Positions 47,603 through 59,766 of a stretch of DNA of 64,000 nucleotides are shown here, piece after piece (the first letter of the stretch is position 1; every line of letters begins with the position of its first letter). The position numbers and the translations under genes were made by a program. The notes under the pieces were generated by a model that was given only the letters and a program-made list of their open reading frames with translations, was not told the DNA's origin and did not search any database. The stretch lies in the NCBI GenBank assembly GCA_019694465.1, contig JAIBBV010000002.1:1-64000 (forward strand), in the 5' to 3' direction. The DNA comes from Oligoflexia bacterium. GTDB taxonomy: Bacteria > Bdellovibrionota_C > UBA2361 > JAFLCA01.

Positions 47603-48400
47603 ATGGGAAAGGTATTGGCGATCGCGAATCAAAAAGGTGGCGTTGGTAAGACTACAAGCTCAGTTAGCATCGCTGCTGAGCTTGCGATGGCTGGTCGCAG
47701 GGTGCTGTTGGTTGATTTTGACCCTCAGGGTAGCGCCACAAGTGGATTAGGCGTCTCCTTGTCCCCTGAAGACGCGGAGGATTTATACGACGTATTTCTT
47801 GGGAAAGTCTCTCTTTCTAATATTATCCGTCCGACCCAAATTCCCCTACTCTCGATCGCGCCTGCTTCTCCGGACCTCGTCAGTATAGAGGTTGAGGTGG
47901 GCAGAGCTCCTGGGCGAGAATTAATCCTAAAATCAGAGCTTAACTTACTTAAGGTCACATTTGACTATGTGATTATCGATTGCCCACCCTCTTCTGGGCT
48001 TTTAACTCTAAACGCACTAGGTGCCGCCGATAGCATACTAATTCCATTGCAGGCCGAATATTACGCACTTGAGGGCTTATCTTCTTTAATGAAGACCGTG
48101 GAGTTTGTTCAGCACACCTTCAATCCAGGCCTAGAGGTTTTGGGCGTTTTTATGACAATGTTTGATGCAAGAACAAACTTATCTAATCAGGTTGAGGCAG
48201 AGGCGAGGAAGTTTTTTGCGGATAAAATGTTTAGCACTCGCATTCCGCGAAATATTAAACTTTCAGAGTGCCCAAGCCATGGAGTTCCAATCTGCGTGTA
48301 TGACAAGGACTCCGCTGGGGCCGTAGCTTATAAGTCTTTGGCTCGAGAGATAGATGCTCGTTGCATGACAGCGGTTGAAATGGTAGTGGCTAATGGCTAA
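47603..48400 (+). CDS. parA: chromosome partitioning ATPase ParA/Soj
   Basis: MGKVLAIANQKGGVGKTTSSVSIAAELA deviant Walker A. 265 aa. Confidence 0.95.
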   Translation: MGKVLAIANQKGGVGKTTSSVSIAAELAMAGRRVLLVDFDPQGSATSGLGVSLSPEDAEDLYDVFLGKVSLSNIIRPTQIPLLSIAPASPDLVSIEVEVGRAPGRELILKSELNLLKVTFDYVIIDCPPSSGLLTLNALGAADSILIPLQAEYYALEGLSSLMKTVEFVQHTFNPGLEVLGVFMTMFDARTNLSNQVEAEARKFFADKMFSTRIPRNIKLSECPSHGVPICVYDKDSAGAVAYKSLAREIDARCMTAVEMVVANG

Positions 48401-48402
48401 TT

Positions 48403-48418
48403 TGTTCCACGTAGAACA
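48403..48418. promoter_or_regulatory. second parS-like site (TGTTCCACGTAGAACA) in the parA-parB intergenic region
   Basis: 15/16 match to the palindrome found at 47481-47496. Confidence 0.6.
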
Positions 48419-48466
48419 GTAAAATATTAATGATATTAATAGGTTAAATTAGGCTAGGGGAATATA

Positions 48467-49453
48467 ATGAAATCTGGTCGAAACGTATTGGGTAGGGGCT
48501 TGAGTGCTCTAATTTCAACCCCTGTTCCTGTAACGCCGTCTCAGGAAAAGGAGAGCATGGCTGGTTTTGCTGGTAGTAACGCCGTTGCAATTAAGGCCGA
48601 ATCTACATCTGCAGCTAGGCAGGAACCGTCAGCGCTTCCAGGTGCTGTGGAGTATGTGTCGATTGAGATGGTGGTGCCGAATCCTGGGCAGCCAAGACAG
48701 GAATTCTTGCAGCAGGAGTTGACCGAGCTATCTGACTCAATCAAGAAACTAGGTGTCCTGCAGCCGATTCTAGTTAGACCTGGGCAAGCGCATACGCTAG
48801 GCAAGTTTGAAATCGTAGCTGGGGAGCGCAGGTGGAGGGCCGCGAAGCTTGCTCAACTATCTCAAGTTCCCGTAATAGTTAAACATATCAGCGATCGAGA
48901 GAGTCTCGAAATTGCTTTGGTTGAGAATGTTCAGCGCTCCAATCTAAACCCAGTTGAAGAGGCGAGGGCCTATCAACGCTTGATAGAGGAGTTTGGCCTG
49001 TCGCAGCAGGAGCTCGCTGAAAGAGTAGGCAAGGAAAGGGCTAGTGTGGCCAACATCGTGCGAGTTCTAAAGCTCCCAGAAGCTGTTTTAGACTCCCTTA
49101 AGCGTGGAGAAATCAGCTTGGGGCACGCCAAGGCGATCCTTACCATTAAGGAACCTGCGGCCCAGATCAGCCTTTGCAAGAAAGTGATTGCCGAGGCTCT
49201 GTCGGTGAGAGCCCTTGAGGCGATCGTTTCAAGGGTCATAGTGCTAGATGCTGCCAAGGATAAGCGTAAATCGAAGACTAATGACTCTGACAGCGAACAG
49301 TTAAATCCGTTTCCAGAAGTAGTCGACAAGATGCGCACAGCTCTAGGTACCAAGGTGCTTATAAAACATCACCCATCAGGTCGCGGAAGGATCGAAATTG
49401 ATTATTTCTCGGAGCAAGAGCTAGATCGTCTCGTGGAACACATTTGCCGCTAA
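48467..49453 (+). CDS. parB: chromosome partitioning protein ParB/Spo0J
   Basis: QPRQEF, IVAGERRWRAAKLA (ParB box), HTH region ELAERVGKERASVANIVRVLKLPE. Confidence 0.95.
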   Translation: MKSGRNVLGRGLSALISTPVPVTPSQEKESMAGFAGSNAVAIKAESTSAARQEPSALPGAVEYVSIEMVVPNPGQPRQEFLQQELTELSDSIKKLGVLQPILVRPGQAHTLGKFEIVAGERRWRAAKLAQLSQVPVIVKHISDRESLEIALVENVQRSNLNPVEEARAYQRLIEEFGLSQQELAERVGKERASVANIVRVLKLPEAVLDSLKRGEISLGHAKAILTIKEPAAQISLCKKVIAEALSVRALEAIVSRVIVLDAAKDKRKSKTNDSDSEQLNPFPEVVDKMRTALGTKVLIKHHPSGRGRIEIDYFSEQELDRLVEHICR

Positions 49454-49605
49454 AAAGTGAGCGGTCTTGTTTGACTTTTTGTCGCAATAAACGATACCTT
49501 ATCGCCGGTAAGCGCATTGCTTCTGCACACTTACATTGCTTACAGATTGGGTGGTGTAGGTAAGCATAGACTATAGATCTGTGTACCATTGGCGCGGAGC
49601 TTCAT

Positions 49606-50082
49606 ATGTCATTCGGAAAACTTAGAGAAGATGCAAAAGAAGCCGAAAAAATCGGCGGCCAACCAGTTTTGCAAACCGTCCCGGGCGGGTCTACTAGCGC
49701 CAGCGGCCGTGCTGATGCTTTCTTAGGCAAGGGGACGAAGGTTGTTGGAACACTCAACTTTTCTGGCTCAGCTGAAATTGACTGCCAGGTTGAGGGTGAG
49801 ATCAACGCACGTGAGCTATTAACTGTAAGTGACGCAGCCGTAGTTAACGGCAAAGTTCTTGGAACTGAAATCATTGTACGCGGAACAGTTAATGGCGACA
49901 TCATTGCTAGCAAGCGTCTGACATTGAAGAAGCCTGCACGAGTAATCGGAAATATCTCCAGTCCAAATCTAGTAATAGAGGAGGGCGTGCTGTTCGAGGG
50001 TAAGTGCAGCATGGCAACAGGAGCCGCTTCAAGCTCTGACACATCGAAAGGGGCTACAAAGTCAGCTGTAGCTTCAGCGTAA
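49606..50082 (+). CDS. bactofilin (DUF583/CcmA family polymer-forming cytoskeletal protein)
   Basis: Repetitive beta-helix pattern GTKVVGTLNFSGSAEIDCQVEGEINARELLTVSDAAVVNGKVLGTEIIVRGTVNGDIIAS. Flanked by unstructured termini. Sits directly downstream of parAB, as in Myxococcus. Confidence 0.85.
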   Translation: MSFGKLREDAKEAEKIGGQPVLQTVPGGSTSASGRADAFLGKGTKVVGTLNFSGSAEIDCQVEGEINARELLTVSDAAVVNGKVLGTEIIVRGTVNGDIIASKRLTLKKPARVIGNISSPNLVIEEGVLFEGKCSMATGAASSSDTSKGATKSAVASA

Positions 50083-50194
50083 ACCTCGATTTTGCTAGGC
50101 GAGCGTCTTGAAGAGCTCGGCACGAGGGTGAAGCTCGGGGTGGTTGGTGTAAGGAAGGTAAGATTTTTTAGGCGATACAAATAGCGGACACGAG

Positions 50195-50680
50195 ATGGAA
50201 AGTTTACTTAAAAATTTCGACTTAGTGCCCCTGGATGCGCTCATGATTTTAGTGAGTGCCGTTTTATTCGTCATTCTTTGGCGCACGTTGGCGCAAGTTC
50301 TTTTTAATCCCTACATTCGGCTGATCGAGGCCCGTGAGCGCGCCACAGTTGGCGCAACCGAAGGAGCGCAAAGTGATCGACAAAAAGCAGAAGCGGTGAC
50401 TCAGCAGTATGAGCAGCAATTATTAAATGCCCGTATCGCAGCTATGCAAGGAAAACTAGCTGTGGTCGATAACGCTAAGGCCCAGGCGGCGCAGGTTATC
50501 GAAAAAGCTGAAGGGCAGGCGCAGGAAGACGTACGTTCGGTGCGCTGGCAAATTGCCAATCAGCGTGAGTCAATCAAGACGAAGTCTCTCTCGCAAGTGC
50601 AGACATTGGCAGATTTAATTATCGCACGAGTAAAGAATCCGATTACTAAAGTTAACTCCACCACGTCAACGCGCCAGTAG
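50195..50680 (+). CDS. atpF: F0F1 ATP synthase subunit b' (second b-type stator subunit)
   Basis: Single N-terminal TM (ALMILVSAVLFVILW) then a long helix rich in A/Q/E. First gene of the atp cluster. Confidence 0.8.
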   Translation: MESLLKNFDLVPLDALMILVSAVLFVILWRTLAQVLFNPYIRLIEARERATVGATEGAQSDRQKAEAVTQQYEQQLLNARIAAMQGKLAVVDNAKAQAAQVIEKAEGQAQEDVRSVRWQIANQRESIKTKSLSQVQTLADLIIARVKNPITKVNSTTSTRQ

Positions 50681-50700
50681 ATGCTGGGAGAAGAGGAAGG

Positions 50701-51315
50701 ATGAACGCTAGAAGAGTAAAAGTTTCAAGGACAAAAGTGAAAAATTTGATTTCGCCTGCCTTACTCGCGCTCGTCCTGATATTTGGAATAGATCCAGTTG
50801 CTGCTTTTGCCTCTGAACATGGTGAACATACACCGTCAATTTTCGACCTGAAATGGCTATGGCTTAATTTTGCTATTTTCGTGGGCTTAGTCGCCTACAT
50901 AATACGTCGTCCGATTGCGACCGCCTGGGCAACCCGTCGGGATGTTATTCGAATGGCAGTGGAGGCTTCTGGCCGCGAGTTGGCGGAGGCCAAGGCAGCC
51001 TTGCATGCAGCTGAAAGTAAGCTGGCTGGAGTTCAAGCGGAGATTTCTACGCTTCGAAAGGATATCGAACGCGAAGCTGCGCGTGAGGCAGAGGAGATTG
51101 TAGCTTCGGCTGAGCGAAGGGCACAGCGCATATTGCAACAGGGCAAGGATTCGGCGAACGCAGAGCGTAAGTCAGCCGAAACGCAAGTGCGGGCCGAGTT
51201 AATTGAGTTGGCCATTCGTCAAGTTGAACAAAAGTTGGCCCAAGAGTTAACGGTTGAGAGCGACAAGGCACTACGCGAATCTGCATTGGGAAGTGTCCGG
51301 TCTTTAGTGCAATAG
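50701..51315 (+). CDS. atpF: F0F1 ATP synthase subunit b
   Basis: TM (WLWLNFAIFVGLVAYII) followed by a coiled coil (RELAEAKAALHAAESKLAGVQAEI...). GGAGAAGAGGAAGG RBS. Confidence 0.8.
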   Translation: MNARRVKVSRTKVKNLISPALLALVLIFGIDPVAAFASEHGEHTPSIFDLKWLWLNFAIFVGLVAYIIRRPIATAWATRRDVIRMAVEASGRELAEAKAALHAAESKLAGVQAEISTLRKDIEREAAREAEEIVASAERRAQRILQQGKDSANAERKSAETQVRAELIELAIRQVEQKLAQELTVESDKALRESALGSVRSLVQ

Positions 51316-51335
51316 CTGAATTAGTTGGGGTATTT

Positions 51336-51881
51336 GTGTCCAAGACAGCAGGAAAAGTATCAAGACGGTATGCGCGAGCACTCTTTGAATTGTGTGCTCC
51401 TGCACAAGTTGAAAAGATGCGCGACTCGCTGAACACTTTTGCCAAGCTTTGGCAGAAATCGACCGAGCTAAGGGAGGCTTTGATTAATCCAGCATTGCCA
51501 CTGGCTCAACGTGCCGCAGCTTTACGTGATATTGGACTGCGTATAGCGGACAATAATGAAACCTTCGCCAATTTCCTACAACTCTTGCTTGATAAGGGGA
51601 GATTGTCAGGAATTGTTGGAATAGCGACATCGTTTTCCAAAATGGTTGACGAGCTCAAGAAGCTATTAGCGCTTGAGATAACATCAGCGTTCCCACTCCC
51701 TGCTATGGAGCAGAGCGCCATACAAAACAAAATTCAGGCAGAATTTGGCTCGCTGGCTTCGATTGAATGGCGCACAGACCGCGCTCTTTTGGGCGGCCTG
51801 CTCGTCAAGTCTGGAGATAGGCTTTTGGATGGATCTGTACGTGGCTCGCTCGAAAAGGTGCGCGGGCTGCTCCTGAGTTAA
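51336..51881 (+). CDS. atpH: F0F1 ATP synthase subunit delta (OSCP)
   Basis: [12 protein letters not shown] start typical of OSCP/delta. 181 aa. Confidence 0.85.
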   Translation: MSKTAGKVSRRYARALFELCAPAQVEKMRDSLNTFAKLWQKSTELREALINPALPLAQRAAALRDIGLRIADNNETFANFLQLLLDKGRLSGIVGIATSFSKMVDELKKLLALEITSAFPLPAMEQSAIQNKIQAEFGSLASIEWRTDRALLGGLLVKSGDRLLDGSVRGSLEKVRGLLLS

Positions 51882-51909
51882 GTGTCAGTTTAGTAAGGAA
51901 GAGAGCAAC

Positions 51910-53511
51910 ATGGAAATTAAACCGGAAGAAATCAGCAACATTCTGAAACAGAAAATTAGCAACTTCACGGCTTCTCAGGAGCTTAGTGAGACTGGCACCG
52001 TGATTGCGGTTGGTGACGGTATTGCGCGCGTACACGGCCTAGCAAAGGTCGCCTCCGGAGAGCTTGTAGAGTTTCCTCACTCAATCCGCGGTATGGCTCT
52101 CAATCTTGAAGAAGATAACGTCGGTGTGGTGGTGATGGGTGACACTGCCATGATTCATGAGGGTGACACGGTTAAACGCACAGGGTTAATCGCTCAGGTT
52201 CCTGTAGGAGAGGCGCTTGTTGGCCGGGTAGTTGATGCACTTGGTAATGCCATCGATGGCCAAGGCGAGATCAAGACCAATGAGACTCGTCGTCTTGAGA
52301 TTAAGGCTCCTGGAATTGTTAAGCGCAAGTCTGTGCATGAGCCGATGCAGACAGGCCTGAAGGCGATTGATTCAATGACACCGGTTGGTCGTGGCCAGCG
52401 TGAGCTAATTATCGGTGATAAGAAGACAGGCAAGACCACAGTTGCGATCGATACAATTATTAATCAGAAGGGCACAGGCGTAATCTGCATATACGTAGCT
52501 ATCGGACAGAAGCGCTCTTCTGTCGCACAGGTGGTTGAGAAGCTGCGTGAGCATGGAGCGATGGACCATACTATCGTTGTTGCTGCGACTGCCTCTGAGC
52601 CAGCTCCGATGTCATTCATGGCGCCGTTCACAGGCTGCGCTATGGGTGAATACTTCATGGAGAAGGGAAAGCATGCACTAATCGTGTTTGACGATCTTTC
52701 CAAACACGCTGTCGCTTATCGTAGCGTATCACTCTTGTTGCGCCGTCCTCCGGGCCGTGAAGCGTATCCCGGCGACGTTTTCTATCTACATTCACGCCTG
52801 CTTGAGCGCGCTGCTAAGTTGCACGATGGTCTTGGCGCCGGATCTTTGACGGCTCTTCCGATCATTGAAACGCTCGAAGGAAACGTGGCTGCCTACATTC
52901 CTACGAACGTGATTTCAATCACGGACGGTCAGATTTACCTGGAAGCCGACCTGTTCAATGCTGGTATTCGACCAGCCGTTAACGTTGGCCTTTCGGTTTC
53001 ACGCGTAGGCGGTGCCGCTCAGGTTAAGGCCATGAAGAAAGTGGCAGGTACGCTACGTCTTGACTTAGCGCAGTACCGCGAAAAGCAAGCCTTTGCGCAA
53101 TTTGGATCCGACCTGGATCCAGCAACTCGCGCACAGCTCGCTCGTGGTGAGCGTCTAGTTGAGATCTTAAAGCAGGATCAGTACAGCCCGATGCCAGTTG
53201 AGCAGCAAGTAATATCAATTTTTGCTGTCAACCAGGGCTTTACAGATAAGCTTGGGGTTAAGGAAGTGCGTAGCTTTGAGAAGGGACTACAGGCATACCT
53301 AGCTTCAAATCATCGCGCTTTGGTCGATGAAATCCAGAAGAAGAAGGATATCGACAAAGAGGTCGAGCCGAAGTTGAGCAAGGCAATTGCACAGTACTTG
53401 GAAGAGTTCCAGGCTGGCGCTGCCGCGCAACGCGGCGGAGGAAACGGCAGTGGGCCGCGCAAGGCGCAGGGCGGAGCAAAGGCTGCCGCTGCACAACATG
53501 CTGCTCACTAG
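51910..53511 (+). CDS. atpA: F0F1 ATP synthase subunit alpha (with about 28-aa Gly/Ala-rich C-terminal extension)
   Basis: GDKKTGKT Walker [24 protein letters not shown]-terminal ...[32 protein letters not shown]. Confidence 0.95.
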   Translation: MEIKPEEISNILKQKISNFTASQELSETGTVIAVGDGIARVHGLAKVASGELVEFPHSIRGMALNLEEDNVGVVVMGDTAMIHEGDTVKRTGLIAQVPVGEALVGRVVDALGNAIDGQGEIKTNETRRLEIKAPGIVKRKSVHEPMQTGLKAIDSMTPVGRGQRELIIGDKKTGKTTVAIDTIINQKGTGVICIYVAIGQKRSSVAQVVEKLREHGAMDHTIVVAATASEPAPMSFMAPFTGCAMGEYFMEKGKHALIVFDDLSKHAVAYRSVSLLLRRPPGREAYPGDVFYLHSRLLERAAKLHDGLGAGSLTALPIIETLEGNVAAYIPTNVISITDGQIYLEADLFNAGIRPAVNVGLSVSRVGGAAQVKAMKKVAGTLRLDLAQYREKQAFAQFGSDLDPATRAQLARGERLVEILKQDQYSPMPVEQQVISIFAVNQGFTDKLGVKEVRSFEKGLQAYLASNHRALVDEIQKKKDIDKEVEPKLSKAIAQYLEEFQAGAAAQRGGGNGSGPRKAQGGAKAAAAQHAAH

Positions 53512-53533
53512 CGTATTGGGAACGAGCTGAACC

Positions 53534-54427
53534 ATGGCAGGATTGAAGGAAATCGATCGTCGCCGCAAGTCAGTGGCTAACACACGTAAGATTACGTATG
53601 CCATGAAACTTGTCTCGGCTGCGAAGCTGAAGAAAGCCCAGGATGCGGTATCAAAATCCAGGCAATATACCGACGCTTTGTATGGGTTGTTGGCCAAGAT
53701 TGGCGGCGAAATGGGCGGTGCAGATCTTAAGCATCCTCTGATGGAGACGCGCCCATCTGTAAAGAAAGTACTTTTGATCGTGGCTGGTGGGAATCGCGGT
53801 CTTTGTGGTGGCTACAACACTAACTTAAACAAGAAAGTTGAGGCCTTCAATAAAGAGAAGTCCGCGGCAAGTATCAGTGTCGATACGATCATTCTTGGGA
53901 AGAAGCCAGCAGAGTACTACCGACGAGTACGACGCGAATACATCAAGAGTTACGAAGCTTTGTCTGAGGACGCTAATTTGTGGCCAGTCGAGGAAGTTTG
54001 CCGCGAGGCAGAAAATGGATTCCTCACAGCAGGCTATGACGAGGTCTACCTTATATATACAAAGTTTAAGTCAGCGCTCTCCTCAACTCCAGTAGTAGAG
54101 AAGCTATTGCCGGTCGATCCAACGGCACTTGCGGCTCTGGGTGGGGCGGGCACGCAGGCTGCCAGCGCTGGCCAGACATTGTTCGAGCCATCGGCCATTG
54201 CAGTGTTTTCAGCTCTTGTTCCGCGTCTTGTACGTTCACAGTTACGCCAAGGTTGTTTAGATACCAAGGCTAGTGAACATGGCAGCCGTATGACCGCGAT
54301 GGATGCAGCGACAAGAAATGCCAAGGAGCTAATACATAAACTTAATTTGACCTTTAACAGACTGCGCCAGAGCGGCATTACAGCCGAGCTTTTGGACATT
54401 ATCGGCGGTGCGGAAGCACAAAACTGA
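53534..54427 (+). CDS. atpG: F0F1 ATP synthase subunit gamma
   Basis: MAGLKEIDRRRKSVANTRKITYAMKLVSAAKLKKAQ N-terminus. C-terminal ITAELLDIIGGAEA. Confidence 0.95.
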   Translation: MAGLKEIDRRRKSVANTRKITYAMKLVSAAKLKKAQDAVSKSRQYTDALYGLLAKIGGEMGGADLKHPLMETRPSVKKVLLIVAGGNRGLCGGYNTNLNKKVEAFNKEKSAASISVDTIILGKKPAEYYRRVRREYIKSYEALSEDANLWPVEEVCREAENGFLTAGYDEVYLIYTKFKSALSSTPVVEKLLPVDPTALAALGGAGTQAASAGQTLFEPSAIAVFSALVPRLVRSQLRQGCLDTKASEHGSRMTAMDAATRNAKELIHKLNLTFNRLRQSGITAELLDIIGGAEAQN

Positions 54428-54445
54428 TAAAAATTGATTTTTTGA

Positions 54446-55912
<1,467 letters not shown>

Positions 55913-55932
55913 TCTGGAGTCAATGGCTTGAT

Positions 55933-56349
55933 ATGAGCAGCGATGTATTCAGCCTTAAGATCTTTACGCCGGCAGGTTTGCTGTTGGAGGACAAGGTTAC
56001 GTCAGTAACCTTGCCTTCACTGAACGGTGAAATTGGTATTTTACCACAACATGCCAAATACGCCGGCTTGTTAGGTGCTGGTGTGTTTCAGTATTCGCCA
56101 GCCGGATCAAGTGAAACCAAGCGCCTTGCGATTGCAGATGGGTTTTGTACTTTTGAAAATGATACGCTTACTCTTTTGACTGATTTCGCTGTTGCTGCAG
56201 ATAATGTGGATAGAAACAGTTACGGGCGCGACAGGGATTCTCTACAAAAGGCTGTGGACTCAACCAGTACATATGAGCCAGCATGGCAGGTTGCGCATGA
56301 CGGGCTTTCAAGAATTCAAGCAGTGGATCGTTTGCTGGGAGTGCATTAG
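55933..56349 (+). CDS. atpC: F0F1 ATP synthase subunit epsilon
   Basis: 138 aa. FSLKIFTPAGLLLEDKVTSVTLPSLNGEIGILPQHA N-terminal beta-sandwich signature. Confidence 0.9.
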   Translation: MSSDVFSLKIFTPAGLLLEDKVTSVTLPSLNGEIGILPQHAKYAGLLGAGVFQYSPAGSSETKRLAIADGFCTFENDTLTLLTDFAVAADNVDRNSYGRDRDSLQKAVDSTSTYEPAWQVAHDGLSRIQAVDRLLGVH

Positions 56350-56365
56350 CACTAGAACTGGATTC

Positions 56366-56392
56366 AAAAGTGCCTTCCAGGGCATTTTTAAA
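56366..56392 (+). terminator. rho-independent terminator candidate after atpC
   Basis: AAAAGTGCC-ttccag-GGCATTTTT followed by AAAAG. 9-bp stem (one G-U) plus T-run, 17 nt after the atpC stop. Confidence 0.45.
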
Positions 56393-56489
56393 AGCGCTCC
56401 AAGTTCCAATTAGCCATGACCGCTAAAATTTCTGAGTTCTGCACGACGCGTCTGTATTCCTTTAGTTGCCCTCCGGCGGACGAGCGCTA

Positions 56490-56528
56490 AAAGTTATTAC
56501 CGCTCGCTTTGCTCGCGGCAATAACTTT
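56490..56528. repeat. 39-nt hairpin (14-bp stem aaagttattaccgc / gcggcaataacttt, 1 mismatch)
   Basis: Read directly from sequence. Lies in the gene-poor gap downstream of atpC. The inner loop contains direct repeat gctcgc-ttt-gctcgc. Confidence 0.5.
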
Positions 56529-56709
56529 CGGAATGCGCTCTACGCTATCTGAGCTATAGTCACACCTGGATTCACTCGGGCTTTATTGCTTTAGGGCAAC
56601 TCCTACAGCCCTTGCAGCTTAAACCTCCTGTCTTATCGGAGGCTTGGGGATGTTGCGGATTTTTCTGAGTTCCACATAACATATAAGGGGACTGCAAAGG
56701 GAGGCCACC

Positions 56710-56985
56710 TTGAAGCTTAGTCAACATCGGACAACGCTACTTTTTACGTGTATCTGCCTAGTTGCCTTGACGGTGTGTCTTTTATCCCAATCAGCAGCAG
56801 CTGAAATTAACTCTGCAAGTTGCCAGTCGCCATTTCAATTCGATCAGCATCGCTATGACTTTCAATCTGCAGGCCTAACTGACGATATTATTGGACGCAT
56901 TCTAAAAATTTTTCGGGCTATAGTTCAGGCCGTTATCGACTTGCAGTGTAAGATTTACAGACTTTTTGGATTTCGCTGCGGCTGA
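56710..56985 (+). CDS. hypothetical small secreted protein (91 aa; signal peptide, 3 Cys in mature part)
   Basis: MKLSQHRTTLLFTCICLVALTVCLLSQSAAA-EINS predicted SPase I site. GGGAGG RBS-like 6-12 nt upstream. Only ORF in a 1.2 kb gap. Followed by an inverted repeat. Confidence 0.35.
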   Translation: MKLSQHRTTLLFTCICLVALTVCLLSQSAAAEINSASCQSPFQFDQHRYDFQSAGLTDDIIGRILKIFRAIVQAVIDLQCKIYRLFGFRCG

Positions 56986-57009
56986 TTCGCTTTCTTCTCT
57001 TCACCAGCA

Positions 57010-57071
57010 ATTATAGCGAGTGACATAAATCCGTAGCGAAATTCTTTGTTGTAGTAATCACTCGCTATAAT
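57010..57071. repeat. perfect 14-bp inverted repeat (attatagcgagtga ... tcactcgctataat) with 34-nt spacer
   Basis: Read directly from sequence. 25 nt downstream of the small ORF stop. No T-tract, so not a canonical terminator. Confidence 0.5.
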
Positions 57072-57535
57072 GCAGACCAGCGGGAAGCCAGGCAACAAAT
57101 AGTAAATGACACATTAAAAAAGAGCTCATGCGCAGAGTTCGATAATTTGTTTTTGACTTTAAGTCTGCAACACCGCCGTTCTTTTTTCGATTAGTTCTTG
57201 TGTGTTGTAACTGTTAGTTACTGCTTGGGGCGTTCAAGGATAGAAATGCCCAAAGTGAACTTTCTGTTCTTGCTCTATTTTGCCGGGGTTAAAGGTGGCG
57301 AGCAAATGATTGCTCATGCAGGCATCATGCTATGCTAGTGGATGATTTGCAGGCAACCAATGCCACACGGGCGAGAGGCTTACAGTAGAGGTGGTGGGTG
57401 CGATGTCTATAGCGGTCGCAATAAATAATGTCGAAAGACTCTACTTAGTTGAGAGCCTTCGGAAGATGCGGCTTCTCTGCTTTTGCCAGTGTGAGTGCTG
57501 TTTGTTGTCCCTCCTGGGGATAGCGGCCTGAGATC

Positions 57536-59119
57536 ATGGAAAAGTTTTGGGACAAGACCTATGGCTGTCAGTATAGTTCATCAGAGAATGACTCTGGAAT
57601 AAGTTTAGCAGAACGACAAAGCACTCCCAGCGGCCCTGGTCCTAAGACACTTGCGGGACGAGCAAAATCGCTTAGCCTATGCTCGCACTCGGACGCTCGA
57701 AAGTTGATACCGTATCAGACTGCAGAGCAGTGGCAAGTTCTGCCATTGGGGCTAAGCTCGCTATATGATGGAGTGCATCTGTGTGTGGCTGCTGCGGTGG
57801 GGGCGTCTCCGGATCTAGCAGCGGCTTTGCGCTTTGCCTGTGGATATCCAGTGCGGGTAGTTGAAGTTGATGCCGACATTCTACATGAGGCAATCTTCAT
57901 TTCATATCATCGCGAGTCATCTGCATTGTGTTCGCATATTGCTACTTTGCGAGCCCAAGCTAAAAATCGTGAATCGACTAGCGGGCTGGATCTGCGAGCG
58001 GCCACAAGTGACAGCGCCAAATTTCTTGCCGTGCTAATTGACTATGCCATCGCCCAGGAAGCAAGCGATATTCATATCTCTCCTCGACACGATGGAAGTT
58101 TTGTCAGATTGCGTGTTAATGGAGAGTTACTTGATCACGACGCTGCGGTGGCCGACCTAAAGCAACACGAGCAATTAATTAGTCGCATCAAAGTCCTCGC
58201 TTCGCTGGATACAACTCAGCGGCGTTTGCCACAGGATGGCTCATTTGGTGTCAATGTTGGGCAACGACGCTTGCATATAAGGGTGAGTACCCTGCCTACC
58301 GTGCACGGGGAAAAAGCTGTGCTACGAATTATGAACAACGGAAGCCATCTTGAATTGCAGGATTTAGGCCTTTGTCCCGCCGCTCAGGAGATGCTGCAGA
58401 AGCATCTTACTCAAGCTGAAGGAGCAATTCTTGTAGCTGGAAGTACCGGCAGCGGTAAGACCACTACCTTATACGCGGCTCTGCGAAACCTACAAAAGAG
58501 AGGTCTCCAAATAGCTTCGGTAGAAGACCCGGTTGAAGTACCTGTGGATGGCGTTTCGCAGACCAGTATTGATCCAGCGATTGGTCTAACCTACAGCGAA
58601 TGTTTGAAAGCCATTTTACGACAGGACCCAGATGTAATTATGCTGGGCGAAATTCGCGACGCGAACAGTGCGCAGATCGCGTTGCATGCAAGCCTAACCG
58701 GACACCTTGTGCTTGCCACGGTTCATGCGCGTAGTGTGATCGAGATTATTTCTCGGCTCAAGGTCCTGAACATTGATACATTGAGTGTGGCGCAGAGTGT
58801 GAGTTTGCTAATGTGTCAACGGCTGCTGCGTAGACTCTGTTCGAAGTGCAAAGTGGTTGACTTTCTTGAGTCCCGCGAGTTCGGGAACGAAATTTACCGA
58901 CCAGTGGGTTGTGCTGCTTGCGACTATTCAGGATTCAATGGGTCGCTGTTAGTCTCTGAGATGCTGGAAGTCGGCCAAGAATTACGAGATATTTTACTGC
59001 GTGGTAGCGAGATGGACTTCACCCTATCAGAGGAAACATCGGGATATATTAGTATGAAATCGCAGATCTGTAATCTGATAAGGGCCGGAGAGGTATATAG
59101 CAAAGACTGTCTATTGTGA
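57536..59119 (+). CDS. GspE/PilB-family secretion ATPase (type II secretion / type IV pilus assembly ATPase), orphan
   Basis: T2SSE_N-like N-terminal domain (LIPYQTAEQWQVLPLG...PVRVVEVDADILHEAI). Walker A VAGSTGSGKTTTLYA, Asp box/Walker B VIMLGEIRD, His box LVLATVHA. Tetra-Cys CSKC...CAAC. Confidence 0.85.
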   Translation: MEKFWDKTYGCQYSSSENDSGISLAERQSTPSGPGPKTLAGRAKSLSLCSHSDARKLIPYQTAEQWQVLPLGLSSLYDGVHLCVAAAVGASPDLAAALRFACGYPVRVVEVDADILHEAIFISYHRESSALCSHIATLRAQAKNRESTSGLDLRAATSDSAKFLAVLIDYAIAQEASDIHISPRHDGSFVRLRVNGELLDHDAAVADLKQHEQLISRIKVLASLDTTQRRLPQDGSFGVNVGQRRLHIRVSTLPTVHGEKAVLRIMNNGSHLELQDLGLCPAAQEMLQKHLTQAEGAILVAGSTGSGKTTTLYAALRNLQKRGLQIASVEDPVEVPVDGVSQTSIDPAIGLTYSECLKAILRQDPDVIMLGEIRDANSAQIALHASLTGHLVLATVHARSVIEIISRLKVLNIDTLSVAQSVSLLMCQRLLRRLCSKCKVVDFLESREFGNEIYRPVGCAACDYSGFNGSLLVSEMLEVGQELRDILLRGSEMDFTLSEETSGYISMKSQICNLIRAGEVYSKDCLL

Positions 59120-59150
59120 CAGGCTTCAGTTTGCATGCTATTCTTGACGC

Positions 59151-59615
59151 ATGGAGAAGTTACCGCTACGCCCCAACGTTTGTATGCTGGTTTATAACTG
59201 TGACCACAAGCTCTTTTTGGGCGAGCGTTTCGGCGAGCCCGGCGTGTGGCAGTTTCCACAAGGCGGAGTTGATCTAAAGGTAGCGCTAGAAGAGAGTGTC
59301 TATCGTGAACTTTGGGAGGAAATTGGAATCGGGAGGGACAAGTTAAGTATAATTAAGCGCTGCGATGCAACCCACTCGTATGAATTTCAAGATCCACCTG
59401 GCTATGCACGGGGGAAGTGGCGCGGTCAGTCTCAGACTTTTTGGATTGTCAGATTTGAAGGTACTGACAAAGATATATCGCTTACTCAGCATGAACAGGA
59501 GTTCATGTCTTGGCGCTGGTGTTCACCGGCCGAAGTAAGGGTACTAGCTGAGCCAAAGCGTCGCCCGGGTTACGAGGCGCCGCTTAAAGAGTTCGAAGCC
59601 TTAAAAAATCTATAA
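59151..59615 (+). CDS. rppH: RNA pyrophosphohydrolase RppH (Nudix hydrolase)
   Basis: RPNVCMLVYN, WQFPQGGVDLKVALEESVYRELWEEIGI Nudix box. Aligns end-to-end with E. coli RppH. Confidence 0.85.
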   Translation: MEKLPLRPNVCMLVYNCDHKLFLGERFGEPGVWQFPQGGVDLKVALEESVYRELWEEIGIGRDKLSIIKRCDATHSYEFQDPPGYARGKWRGQSQTFWIVRFEGTDKDISLTQHEQEFMSWRWCSPAEVRVLAEPKRRPGYEAPLKEFEALKNL

Positions 59616-59766
59616 TAATCGCATACTTAGTGGCCTTGCTGCATTCCGCCAATCGCTAGCAGGAGACTAGGGTCTGCCGCTACAAGCAGCGAAAATCTGG
59701 TTCTAAGCCTGAGCCATTCGGCAAGCTGGCAGCATCTTTATAGATGGACTTCTGTACGTTCAGAAC